Virus record (IMG/VR): IMGVR_UViG_2974625447_000001
Location: 1 to 57,807 of that record
Strand: one strand, 5' to 3'
Origin: Streptomyces virus Yaboi
Taxonomy: Duplodnaviria > Heunggongvirae > Uroviricota > Caudoviricetes
Length of the DNA: 57,807 bases
Made by a program: the position numbers and the translations under genes. Positions within the stretch are counted from its first letter, which is position 1; each line of letters begins with the position of its first letter. The notes under the pieces are model-generated. The model saw only the letters and a list, made by a program, of their open reading frames with translations. It did not search any database and was not told the DNA's origin. This document shows positions 15,151 to 22,534 of the stretch, in pieces.

Positions 15151-15170
15151 GGCGGCCCGAAGACCGCCTG
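15151..15170 (-). terminator. Intrinsic terminator-like hairpin
   Basis: GCAGGCGG stem followed by CTTTTT on the minus strand. Confidence 0.65.
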
Positions 15171-15182
15171 CTATTAAATTGT

Positions 15183-15584
15183 TTATCGTGCTGACTCTGT
15201 AAACATCCAGAGCCACTTATCGACGCCGCGCTTAATTTCGATTAGTACATCTTGCGTAGCGAGGTCGTCTGTGATATTAAAGATAGCACCTGAGAGGACC
15301 ATTGTCAAACTCTCAAGAGAGGACTTTATCCCGCTGACGACTTGTAGATATGAGACTGATTCCCCAGAGAATTCATAGGAAACCTTTGGCGCGAGGTACA
15401 TCTCTCTCGCTCTTGCTCTTTCAGCTACAGTATCGGCATATTCAGTGATATCTTCATGAAACTCGTCTAGCTTCTCGTGAAGGTAAAAGAATTCCTTACC
15501 TCGGAGATTCCAGTGGTTCTCCTTGGTCGCCAAGGAGAGTATTAGTAGCCATTCCAGAATCTCTTCCAGCTTCTGTTCTAGCAC
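15183..15584 (-). CDS. dps: Dps/ferritin-like protein
   Basis: KENHWNLRGKEFFYLHEKLDE...DTVAER is the Dps ferroxidase motif; AAGGAGG RBS. Confidence 0.85.
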   Translation of the reverse strand: MLEQKLEEILEWLLILSLATKENHWNLRGKEFFYLHEKLDEFHEDITEYADTVAERARAREMYLAPKVSYEFSGESVSYLQVVSGIKSSLESLTMVLSGAIFNITDDLATQDVLIEIKRGVDKWLWMFTESAR

Positions 15585-15795
15585 GCTCCACCTCCTTGAT
15601 CACAGATTTGATTTGCTGATACATCTCCAATCCTGGTTTGATGTATGCATCATCAGTCGGACACCAGAAATAGGGGTCGGAAGATGTATCAAGTTTAGTG
15701 CGAAGTATTAAGTTGTTATGACAATCTGGACATTCAAGCGCCGGGGCTAATTCTTCCCGCACTAGTCGATTGTATTTATGAAATTCTGACCACAT
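15496..15795 (-). CDS. Zinc-ribbon hypothetical protein
   Basis: CPDC...CPTD; leaderless start; overlaps dps by 89 nt. Confidence 0.65.
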   Translation of the reverse strand: MWSEFHKYNRLVREELAPALECPDCHNNLILRTKLDTSSDPYFWCPTDDAYIKPGLEMYQQIKSVIKEVERARTEAGRDSGMATNTLLGDQGEPLESPR

Positions 15796-15807
15796 GATTC
15801 TAGTCTA

Positions 15808-16014
15808 TCATGCATTTCTCAAATTGTAGAGAACGGTACTCAGGGCCGTCTCAGCCTCCGCAACAGAATTGCGGAGATTGTGCACCTCTTGCTCCCAAGC
15901 AGTATCGGATTCGATTGCTTCCCGCTTGAGATCTTCTATCGCTTCATCAGCCTCATAAGGCTGCCATCCGCAAGAGATCATGCACTCTCGGATTATACTT
16001 TCGCATCTTGTCAT
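15808..16014 (-). CDS. Hypothetical protein, 68 aa, coiled-coil
   Basis: ATGA coupling to the upstream gene. Confidence 0.7.
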   Translation of the reverse strand: MTRCESIIRECMISCGWQPYEADEAIEDLKREAIESDTAWEQEVHNLRNSVAEAETALSTVLYNLRNA

Positions 16015-16172
16015 ATCGGCTTCCCATATTCAAGGAATAGAATGAATGAAACCATTGTCATGATCAATGCTCCGAGGCCCGTGATTGGATTCATCCAAAT
16101 GGCAAAAGTAGCATACATGAGAATGGTGAGTGTATAGATGATAACTATACTGATGCGTTCTCTGTTAGTCAT
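16011..16172 (-). CDS. Small 2-TM membrane protein, 53 aa
   Basis: Translated by hand; ATGA overlaps at both ends. Confidence 0.7.
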   Translation of the reverse strand: MTNRERISIVIIYTLTILMYATFAIWMNPITGLGALIMTMVSFILFLEYGKPI

Positions 16173-16294
16173 TTGAGGTACTTATTCGCCTCCCTGTGCT
16201 CCGGGCACATTTTGACTTTTCGTCCGTGAAAGCTAACTATCTTTAAGTTAGCGGACTTCTGACACTGTTTGATGAAACATCGCTCGGTAGCCAT
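16169..16294 (-). CDS. Small Cys/His protein, 41 aa (MATERCFIKQC...CPEH)
   Basis: Translated by hand; fills the gap between the tRNA and the next gene; ATGA overlap. Confidence 0.55.
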   Translation of the reverse strand: MATERCFIKQCQKSANLKIVSFHGRKVKMCPEHREANKYLK

Positions 16295-16296
16295 AG

Positions 16297-16369
16297 ATCC
16301 CCGTGTCGGAATCGAACCGACATTACTTCTTTACGAGAGAAGCGTGTTTGCCATTGCCACTAACGGGGA
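16297..16369 (-). tRNA. tRNA-Thr (anticodon CGT), CCA not encoded
   Basis: Cloverleaf: acceptor TCCCCGT/ACGGGGA, anticodon arm CTTCT-CTCGTAA-AGAAG, T arm GTCGG-TTCGATT-CCGAC. Confidence 0.93.
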
Positions 16370-16380
16370 AAGCGGTGAAA

Positions 16381-16854
16381 TCAGAGCTTCCACCAGGCTC
16401 GTCTACGACGACGACGGACTTTTCTTTGCGGTACTACTGTCAGTATACACAGCACTGACGCTATCGTCAACACGGTAGCTGTCGCACCGAAATAGAACAA
16501 TAACGCGGTTGTAACAAAGAGAAGTAGTCTTAACTTCCATATGGGCGTAACTATCCCTGGACGCTTAGGCGCTGGCCTTGTGCTCCCAGCGAATCTCGCC
16601 CCCTTACTTTGATTACATCGGAGATGAGCAAGAGCCACATTTCCCCAAACATGACCCGGTGAATTCTTCCTCCAAGAAAGAGGAACAATGTGATCAAGAG
16701 AGGCGGATCTTGGATGTGGATACTTCAATGACTTACGAACACGCTTGCCACAAAGATGACACTTCCATCCGGACTGCTGATACACCTTCGCACGGGTAAT
16801 GCTTGGGTCATATGGAACGCCGTACTCCTTACAACGATCCTCATCTGTTTTCAT
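16381..16854 (-). CDS. HNH endonuclease with C-terminal hydrophobic segment(s)
   Basis: CHLCG...SLDHIVPLS...GNVALAHLRCNQSKG, followed by a hydrophobic stretch. Confidence 0.85.
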   Translation of the reverse strand: MKTDEDRCKEYGVPYDPSITRAKVYQQSGWKCHLCGKRVRKSLKYPHPRSASLDHIVPLSWRKNSPGHVWGNVALAHLRCNQSKGARFAGSTRPAPKRPGIVTPIWKLRLLLFVTTALLFYFGATATVLTIASVLCILTVVPQRKVRRRRRRAWWKL

Positions 16855-16882
16855 ACAAGGATCATATCATGATTGTGAAGAC

Positions 16883-17428
16883 TCAGTACCAATTCTTCTT
16901 CTTGAAGTGGCTCCAAGCCTTACAAGGAGTACCGTAACGCTTGTAAATGTAGTGGTCTAGTCCCCAGCGAACCTGTGTGCGAGGATTAGTCTTCCAATCC
17001 TTGCCAGCCTTTCGCATCTTTGAGCCCGGCAGTGATTGGGGAATTCCATAGGCTCCAGAATAAGGATTCTTTGCCTTGTATCGCCAACCAGACTCATGCT
17101 TCCAAAGAGGATTAAGGCAATTCCACTGCTTCTTCCAAGACTTAGGAAACTTCTTCTTGAGCTTGTTCTTTGCATAAGTCTTTGTGCTGGCGACTGACTT
17201 TGAATATGCCACCGGCTCAATTTCAATCTTAGACAAGGACGGTGACGGTGAAACAGAATTCACAACCGTGCTTGGTGTAGCCTCTGGTGAGACTGACTGG
17301 GTAACCTTCGGCTTTTCAGCCTCAAGCGGACTGACGCCCATGTCTGACGCTGCCTGTGCAAAAACTGCCGTAGCAACACCAACGATAAGCGCACCGGCCG
17401 CTATGTTGCCCCTCATATCTTGACCCAT
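16883..17428 (-). CDS. Secreted/membrane-anchored lytic transglycosylase-like protein
   Basis: N-terminal signal/TM, Ser/Pro linker, then CLxxLWxHESGW...GAYGIPQSLP...NPxTQxxWGLxYIxxRYG; GGAGG RBS. Confidence 0.85.
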   Translation of the reverse strand: MGQDMRGNIAAGALIVGVATAVFAQAASDMGVSPLEAEKPKVTQSVSPEATPSTVVNSVSPSPSLSKIEIEPVAYSKSVASTKTYAKNKLKKKFPKSWKKQWNCLNPLWKHESGWRYKAKNPYSGAYGIPQSLPGSKMRKAGKDWKTNPRTQVRWGLDHYIYKRYGTPCKAWSHFKKKNWY

Positions 17429-17526
17429 TAGTAACCTCCAAGTAGTGGGCGGCAGTTGCCGCCCGGTCATGTTGTAAGACTCTACTGTAGTTACGGTTTG
17501 GTGTCAAGCTTGTAACGAATCTGTAA

Positions 17527-17691
17527 TTACTTGAGTACAGAAACGTACTTAACAATTTGGACATTCTTAGCGCCATCATCTTCAAGGATGGACTTCTCGA
17601 TGCGAGCTTGACGAATCGGATAAAGAGCGTCCGTTTCGTACATCTTGCCATCAAGTTCGTACTTTAGGTAGTAACGATCTACGTTATTCAT
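17527..17691 (-). CDS. Small hypothetical protein, 54 aa
   Basis: GGAGAGG RBS. Confidence 0.65.
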   Translation of the reverse strand: MNNVDRYYLKYELDGKMYETDALYPIRQARIEKSILEDDGAKNVQIVKYVSVLK

Positions 17692-17695
17692 CTTT

Positions 17696-17857
17696 TCACC
17701 TCTCCTTAACAAACTTCACTGTGAAGTCTGAGATTCCAACCTTCTTAAGCTTAACTGATATCTGATCGAGTTCCTTAAGAGAGTTAGCAGTTTCAAGTTG
17801 CTTCTTACCCTTATTGTCTGTATAGGTTATGATCCAATAACCTTTTTCGTTAGCCAT
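17696..17857 (-). CDS. Small hypothetical protein, 53 aa
   Basis: Translated by hand (MANEKGYWIITYTDNKGKK...); AAGGA RBS. Confidence 0.65.
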   Translation of the reverse strand: MANEKGYWIITYTDNKGKKQLETANSLKELDQISVKLKKVGISDFTVKFVKER

Positions 17858-18197
17858 TGGCTTCCTTATCAATAGACAAATCTATATCCCCCCCCCCAGC
17901 GTGCCCTAAGTGATAATCACTTGCTGCTGAGTCATCTCGCTATTGCTACAAGGGCCTCGCAGTCACACGCACCTTGTACTCTGGGTGTCAACCTGTTGTT
18001 GACTTCTTCACTTTGATTTCCTGGCTTTCATGAGTGCATGGAGGAAGAACGGGTAAAGAAGTCCATTCGACTGGCCAAATAGCGACATGACCAGAAGTCG
18101 CACTCACCTCAGCCCTTAGTATGCGGATGGCCCCCGCTACTTCCGCTTGTCGTCCATGAGGCTAGGGTCCTGTTATTTCAAGGAAGCAGAAGGGGGC

Positions 18198-18245
18198 AAA
18201 AAGAAAACGCCCCTCGGAAAGCTGGCCCAATCCGAGAGGCGTTTT
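18198..18245 (-). terminator. 15-bp-stem intrinsic terminator with a 12-nt loop
   Basis: AAAACGCCTCTCGGA / TCCGAGGGGCGTTTT followed by CTTTTT. Confidence 0.75.
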
Positions 18246-18295
18246 ACATACGTGTAAGTTCACTCATATCGGGCCAGCGATACGTGTATAGGTAT

Positions 18296-18366
18296 ACCGT
18301 ATCAGCTTCTAAGACCCTTGTCAAACTCAGGACCATTTGATCCTAAGTCCAACTCACTGATATAAT
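18296..18366. promoter_or_regulatory. Divergent promoter pair
   Basis: Minus strand: TTGACA-17-TACGGT (18324-18296). Plus strand: TTGATC-18-TATAAT just upstream of the glycosyltransferase. Confidence 0.65.
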
Positions 18367-18409
18367 CGTAACACAGCTCAAAGAGCATGTCAAAGACGAA
18401 AGGACGACA

Positions 18410-19378
18410 GTGGACATCAGTTTTTCCACTATTCCTGGCAATCTCAACACCACCATTGGTTATGGAGTTGCCGGATTCAACATGGTTAGAAGTCTGCAAA
18501 AGCTGGGACACAGAGTTCCCTTCGCAGACAAGAATTGCAAGATCGAGATCTTCTTCTCACAGCCAGACTACTGGGAGTGGTCTAACCAGTTTGGTTATCA
18601 TATCGGATACACTCCATGGGAGTCAACCCAGTTGCCACCGGGCTGGCTTGAACAGATGAACTGCGCAGATGAGGTCTGGACCACATCAGAATTGATCAAG
18701 CGCTGGTACACAGCGGCTGGTGTGAAGAATGTCAAAGTTTATCCACATGGTATTGATCCACAGTGGACGCCTAAGAAGCGAAATGTATTTACAAAGATGA
18801 AGTTCCTGCACATGGGAGAGCCTGCGCCCAGAAAGGGAGGTCAGATGGCTCTTGATGCATTTCGCGCGGCGTTTGGAGATCAGGACGATGTTGAGCTGAC
18901 TATTAAGGCTCACAGAATCAACACTTCAAGAAGAATGTTCAACGGAAAGATCATGGGGCCACCCGATGAGTACAGCAATGTTCGCCTGGTGACCCAAGAG
19001 CTTCCAGAAGACCACCTTGTGAGCTTTGTACAGCAGCACCACGTAATGGTTTATCCATCTTGGGGAGAAGGCTTCGGTCTTATTCCATTTCAGGCTATCG
19101 CCACAGGAATGCCGACCATCTGTACTGCCAAGTGGGCACAATACAAGGATTACCTTGGGCCGCTAGGTCTGTCATCCAAGCTTGTTGATTCACCATGGCC
19201 TGGTGTTCATCCAGGAAAGATGCTTGAGCCTGACTTTGATGAGCTAGTTGATCTGTACAGATATGCTTATGACAACTTTACTGACCTAAGCAATAGGTTT
19301 TACGCTCAGGCACCAAAATTGCACGAAGAGTACAACTGGGAAGCACTCACTAAGCAAGCGTTTAGTCACTTGATTTAA
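18410..19378 (+). CDS. GT-B (GT4-like) glycosyltransferase
   Basis: RKG...EGFGLIPFQAIATGMPTI (ExF-type motif, with Q at the usual second E position). Confidence 0.88.
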   Translation: MDISFSTIPGNLNTTIGYGVAGFNMVRSLQKLGHRVPFADKNCKIEIFFSQPDYWEWSNQFGYHIGYTPWESTQLPPGWLEQMNCADEVWTTSELIKRWYTAAGVKNVKVYPHGIDPQWTPKKRNVFTKMKFLHMGEPAPRKGGQMALDAFRAAFGDQDDVELTIKAHRINTSRRMFNGKIMGPPDEYSNVRLVTQELPEDHLVSFVQQHHVMVYPSWGEGFGLIPFQAIATGMPTICTAKWAQYKDYLGPLGLSSKLVDSPWPGVHPGKMLEPDFDELVDLYRYAYDNFTDLSNRFYAQAPKLHEEYNWEALTKQAFSHLI

Positions 19379-19456
19379 GCGCACGAATCAGGTAGTATAG
19401 TATAACTACGCGATGGAATTAGCCGTACGACGACTACGGCTGGAAAGGTATTTTCT

Positions 19457-21397
19457 TTGTATGACGACAAGGGTTTCCTAGTAGACCCATATCAGAATTT
19501 TATTCATACCAGTAGGTATGCGCGGTGGCTAGAGGACAAGGGCCGCCGCGAGACTTTTGTAGAGACAACTGAGCGCTATCTCAGCTACATGATTGATAGC
19601 CTCAAGAAGAATCACAATTATGATGTGCCGCAGGAGCACCTTGATCTAGTGCGTGAGCAGATGCTAAATCAGGGTGTTGTTTCATCTATGAGAGCCCTCA
19701 TGACTGCCGGGCCTGCTCTTGATCGAGACAATGTTGCTGCGTACAACTGCTCTTATGTTCCTGTTGATGACGTTCGTGCCTTTGACGAGACTCTATACAT
19801 TCTTATGAATGGAACTGGTGTTGGGTTCTCTGTTGAAGAGAAGTACGTGCGCAAGCTGCCTGTTGTTGCTGAGGAATTCGAAGCAACAGAAACAGTGATC
19901 AAGGTTGCTGATTCAAAGGAAGGCTGGGCACGTGCATATCGTGAGCTTCTAAGCCTTCTATGGGGAGGACGTGTTCCACGCTGGGATACTTCAAAGGTTC
20001 GCCCGGCAGGAGCAAGGCTAAAGACTTTCGGTGGCCGTGCATCTGGTCCTGGTCCTCTGGAGCAGCTATTCCAGTTCACCATTGATGTATTTACCAAGGC
20101 CGCCGGTCGTCAGCTAACCTCTCTTGAAGCACATGATCTTATTTGTAAGATCGCAGAAGTGGTTGTCGTTGGTGGAGTCCGAAGAAGTGCTTTGATCTCA
20201 CTTAGCGATCTAAGCGACCTGAGAATGGCTACAGCAAAAGCAGGAAACTGGTGGGAGAACAACCCTCAGCGCGCTTTGGCTAATAACTCAGTGGCCTACA
20301 CAAGCAAGCCTGACATGACTGCTTTCATGGCTGAATGGAAGAACCTCTACGATTCCAAGTCTGGAGAGCGTGGAATCTTCAATAGGCAGGCTGCAAAGGC
20401 TCAGGTGGCTAAGAATCAAAGGCGAGATCCTAGTTTCGACTTCGGAACTAATCCGTGTAGCGAGATTATCCTTCGACCTAATCAGTTCTGCAATCTTACC
20501 GAAGTGATCATTCGTCCGGACGACACTGTTGAAACTTTGATGCGCAAGGTCAAGGCAGCAACAATCATCGGAACATGGCAGTCAACCCTGACAAACTTCA
20601 AGTATCTTCGTAAGATCTGGAAGAAGAACACAGAGGAAGAAAGACTACTTGGTGTTTCTTTGACTGGTCAGTTCGGAAACAGACTTATGAGTGGCCAGGA
20701 AGGAATGAAGGAGCTAAAGGACACTCTTGAAGCCCTTCGATTCCAGGCCGTTGCGGTAAATGCTGAGGTTGCTGAGGCTATCGGAATTCCTCAGTCCGCC
20801 GCAATTACTTGTGTAAAGCCATCTGGAACTGTTTCTCAAAGGGCCGGGGTTCCAAGTGGAATGCACACGGAGCATGATGAGTTTTACATCAGAACAGTAA
20901 GAGGAGACAACAAGGATGCTCTTACTCAGTTCCTCAAGGACTCAGGGATTCCAAACGAGCCTGACGTGATGAAGCCTAATGACACAACAGTCTTTAGCTT
21001 CCCAAAGAAGGCTGCGCCAGGAGCACTTACCAGAAATGACCTCACAGCGATTGAGCACCTTGAAATCTGGCTCGCTTATCAGCGCTCATGGTGCGAGCAC
21101 AAGCCAAGTATTACCGTTTCTGTTAAGGAACACGAATGGATGGAAGTAGGAGCTTGGGTTTACAAGCACTTCGATGAAGTGTCTGGAATCTCATTCCTAC
21201 CATTCTCTGAGCACACGTACAAGCAGGCACCTTATCAGTCCATCACTGAGGCTGAATACAAGGAATGGCTTGAGCGCATGCCAGAAAAGATCGAATGGGA
21301 TCTTCTTCCAACCTATGAGTTTGAGGATAATACGACAGGCTCTCAGGAGCTTGCTTGCTCCGCCGCAGGCGGGTGCGAGGTAGTCGATATTAGCTGA
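19457..21397 (+). CDS. nrdJ: Class II (B12-dependent) ribonucleotide reductase
   Basis: YNCSY, GTGVGF, GGVRRSA, TNPCSEI, TCVKPSGT and C-terminal ELACSAAGGC. Confidence 0.95.
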   Translation: MYDDKGFLVDPYQNFIHTSRYARWLEDKGRRETFVETTERYLSYMIDSLKKNHNYDVPQEHLDLVREQMLNQGVVSSMRALMTAGPALDRDNVAAYNCSYVPVDDVRAFDETLYILMNGTGVGFSVEEKYVRKLPVVAEEFEATETVIKVADSKEGWARAYRELLSLLWGGRVPRWDTSKVRPAGARLKTFGGRASGPGPLEQLFQFTIDVFTKAAGRQLTSLEAHDLICKIAEVVVVGGVRRSALISLSDLSDLRMATAKAGNWWENNPQRALANNSVAYTSKPDMTAFMAEWKNLYDSKSGERGIFNRQAAKAQVAKNQRRDPSFDFGTNPCSEIILRPNQFCNLTEVIIRPDDTVETLMRKVKAATIIGTWQSTLTNFKYLRKIWKKNTEEERLLGVSLTGQFGNRLMSGQEGMKELKDTLEALRFQAVAVNAEVAEAIGIPQSAAITCVKPSGTVSQRAGVPSGMHTEHDEFYIRTVRGDNKDALTQFLKDSGIPNEPDVMKPNDTTVFSFPKKAAPGALTRNDLTAIEHLEIWLAYQRSWCEHKPSITVSVKEHEWMEVGAWVYKHFDEVSGISFLPFSEHTYKQAPYQSITEAEYKEWLERMPEKIEWDLLPTYEFEDNTTGSQELACSAAGGCEVVDIS

Positions 21398-21404
21398 TGT
21401 AATT

Positions 21405-21432
21405 GGCCGGTGTCTAAGGGCACCGGCCTTTT
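21405..21432 (+). terminator. Intrinsic terminator
   Basis: GGCCGGTG stem plus TTTT. Similar terminators at ~24277-24301, 29030-29053, 29479-29500, 32928-32949 and 53521-53550. Confidence 0.75.
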
Positions 21433-21472
21433 GCTTTTTAATCCTTACAGGAATAAACTGTAGTCCGAGGAG

Positions 21473-22387
21473 GTGATTAAAATAGCAACACCTATGACAG
21501 CATCACAGATTAAGGCTCAGCTAAAGAAGTGGGGAATCCCATTCAAGGAATACAAGAACTGGGCTACTCACAACAGAAACCACGTGGGAAAGTGGGGTCC
21601 AGTAAATGGATTCATGGTACACCACACTGGTTCTGATTCTAAGGACCAGCGTGAACTTCTATACGCTGGTATTTCTGGTCTACCAGGCCCTCTTTGCCAC
21701 TTTGGTCTTGCTCAGGATGGAACTGTTCACCTAGTTGGATGGGGACGAGCAAATCACGCTGGAGCAGGAGATCCTGACGTTCTCAATGCAGTAATCAATG
21801 AGAATTATGGAGCAAATCCTCCAGCAGACAATCAGTCTTCTGTTGACGGAAATTCCCGATTCTACGGAGTGGAGATCTGGTATTCAGGCTCCCATAAGAT
21901 GAGCGATAAGCAGTATGCTACCCTTCGTAAGCTAGCCGCTGCAATTTGTGATTTCCACAAGTGGAGTGAAAAGTCTGTAATTGGACATGGTGAATGGGGA
22001 AGTCCAGGAAAGTGGGACCCAGGCATTTCATCTGGAAAGATGATGGATATGGCAAAGGTCCGTGCCGATATTAAGGCTACTCTTTCTGGAAAGACAACAA
22101 CACCTACAACTCCAGCAAAGCCAGCTACTCCAGCGCCAGCAAAGCCATCAACAGCAACTAGCCACACTGTTGTAAAGGGTGACACCCTTTACTCTATTGG
22201 AAAGAAGTACAACGTTACTGTTGCCAACTTGAAGAAGTGGAACAATCTAAAGTCTGACGAGCTAACTATTGGAAAGAAGCTGACCCTAAAGGCTCCAGCT
22301 ACTACGCCAACGCAGCCAACCGTTCAGCAGCAGATTGCAGATATTCTCAAGAGGCTTGCAGCAGTTGAAGCAAAGCTAAAGGGATGA
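21473..22387 (+). CDS. Endolysin: N-acetylmuramoyl-L-alanine amidase + LysM
   Basis: MVHHT...CH...GRANHAG...GVE...GHGEW..KWDP; LysM HTVVKGDTLYSIGKKY. Confidence 0.92.
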   Translation: MIKIATPMTASQIKAQLKKWGIPFKEYKNWATHNRNHVGKWGPVNGFMVHHTGSDSKDQRELLYAGISGLPGPLCHFGLAQDGTVHLVGWGRANHAGAGDPDVLNAVINENYGANPPADNQSSVDGNSRFYGVEIWYSGSHKMSDKQYATLRKLAAAICDFHKWSEKSVIGHGEWGSPGKWDPGISSGKMMDMAKVRADIKATLSGKTTTPTTPAKPATPAPAKPSTATSHTVVKGDTLYSIGKKYNVTVANLKKWNNLKSDELTIGKKLTLKAPATTPTQPTVQQQIADILKRLAAVEAKLKG

Positions 22388-22534
22388 TATACTCTTAAGT
22401 ACAGCCTATGGAAATGAGTCCGGGTTGTCTAGGGCGCTGCGTGCAGCGCTACTTAGGATGAGTTATATTACCGTCAAAGCCACTCTTAGTGAGTGGCTTT
22501 TGGCGTTTATGGGGTATTGCATTATAATCAATAT

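Noticed and set aside
17860-18200. tmRNA or self-cleaving ribozyme
   Set aside because: No tRNA-like ends or T-loop, and no hammerhead CUGANGA/GAAA core recognised.
19457-21397. Intein or intron in RNR (also checked helicase and primase)
   Set aside because: Lengths are normal and no splicing motifs were seen.
12910-21397. ThyX and NrdJ as a novelty
   Set aside because: Common nucleotide metabolism genes in large actinophages.
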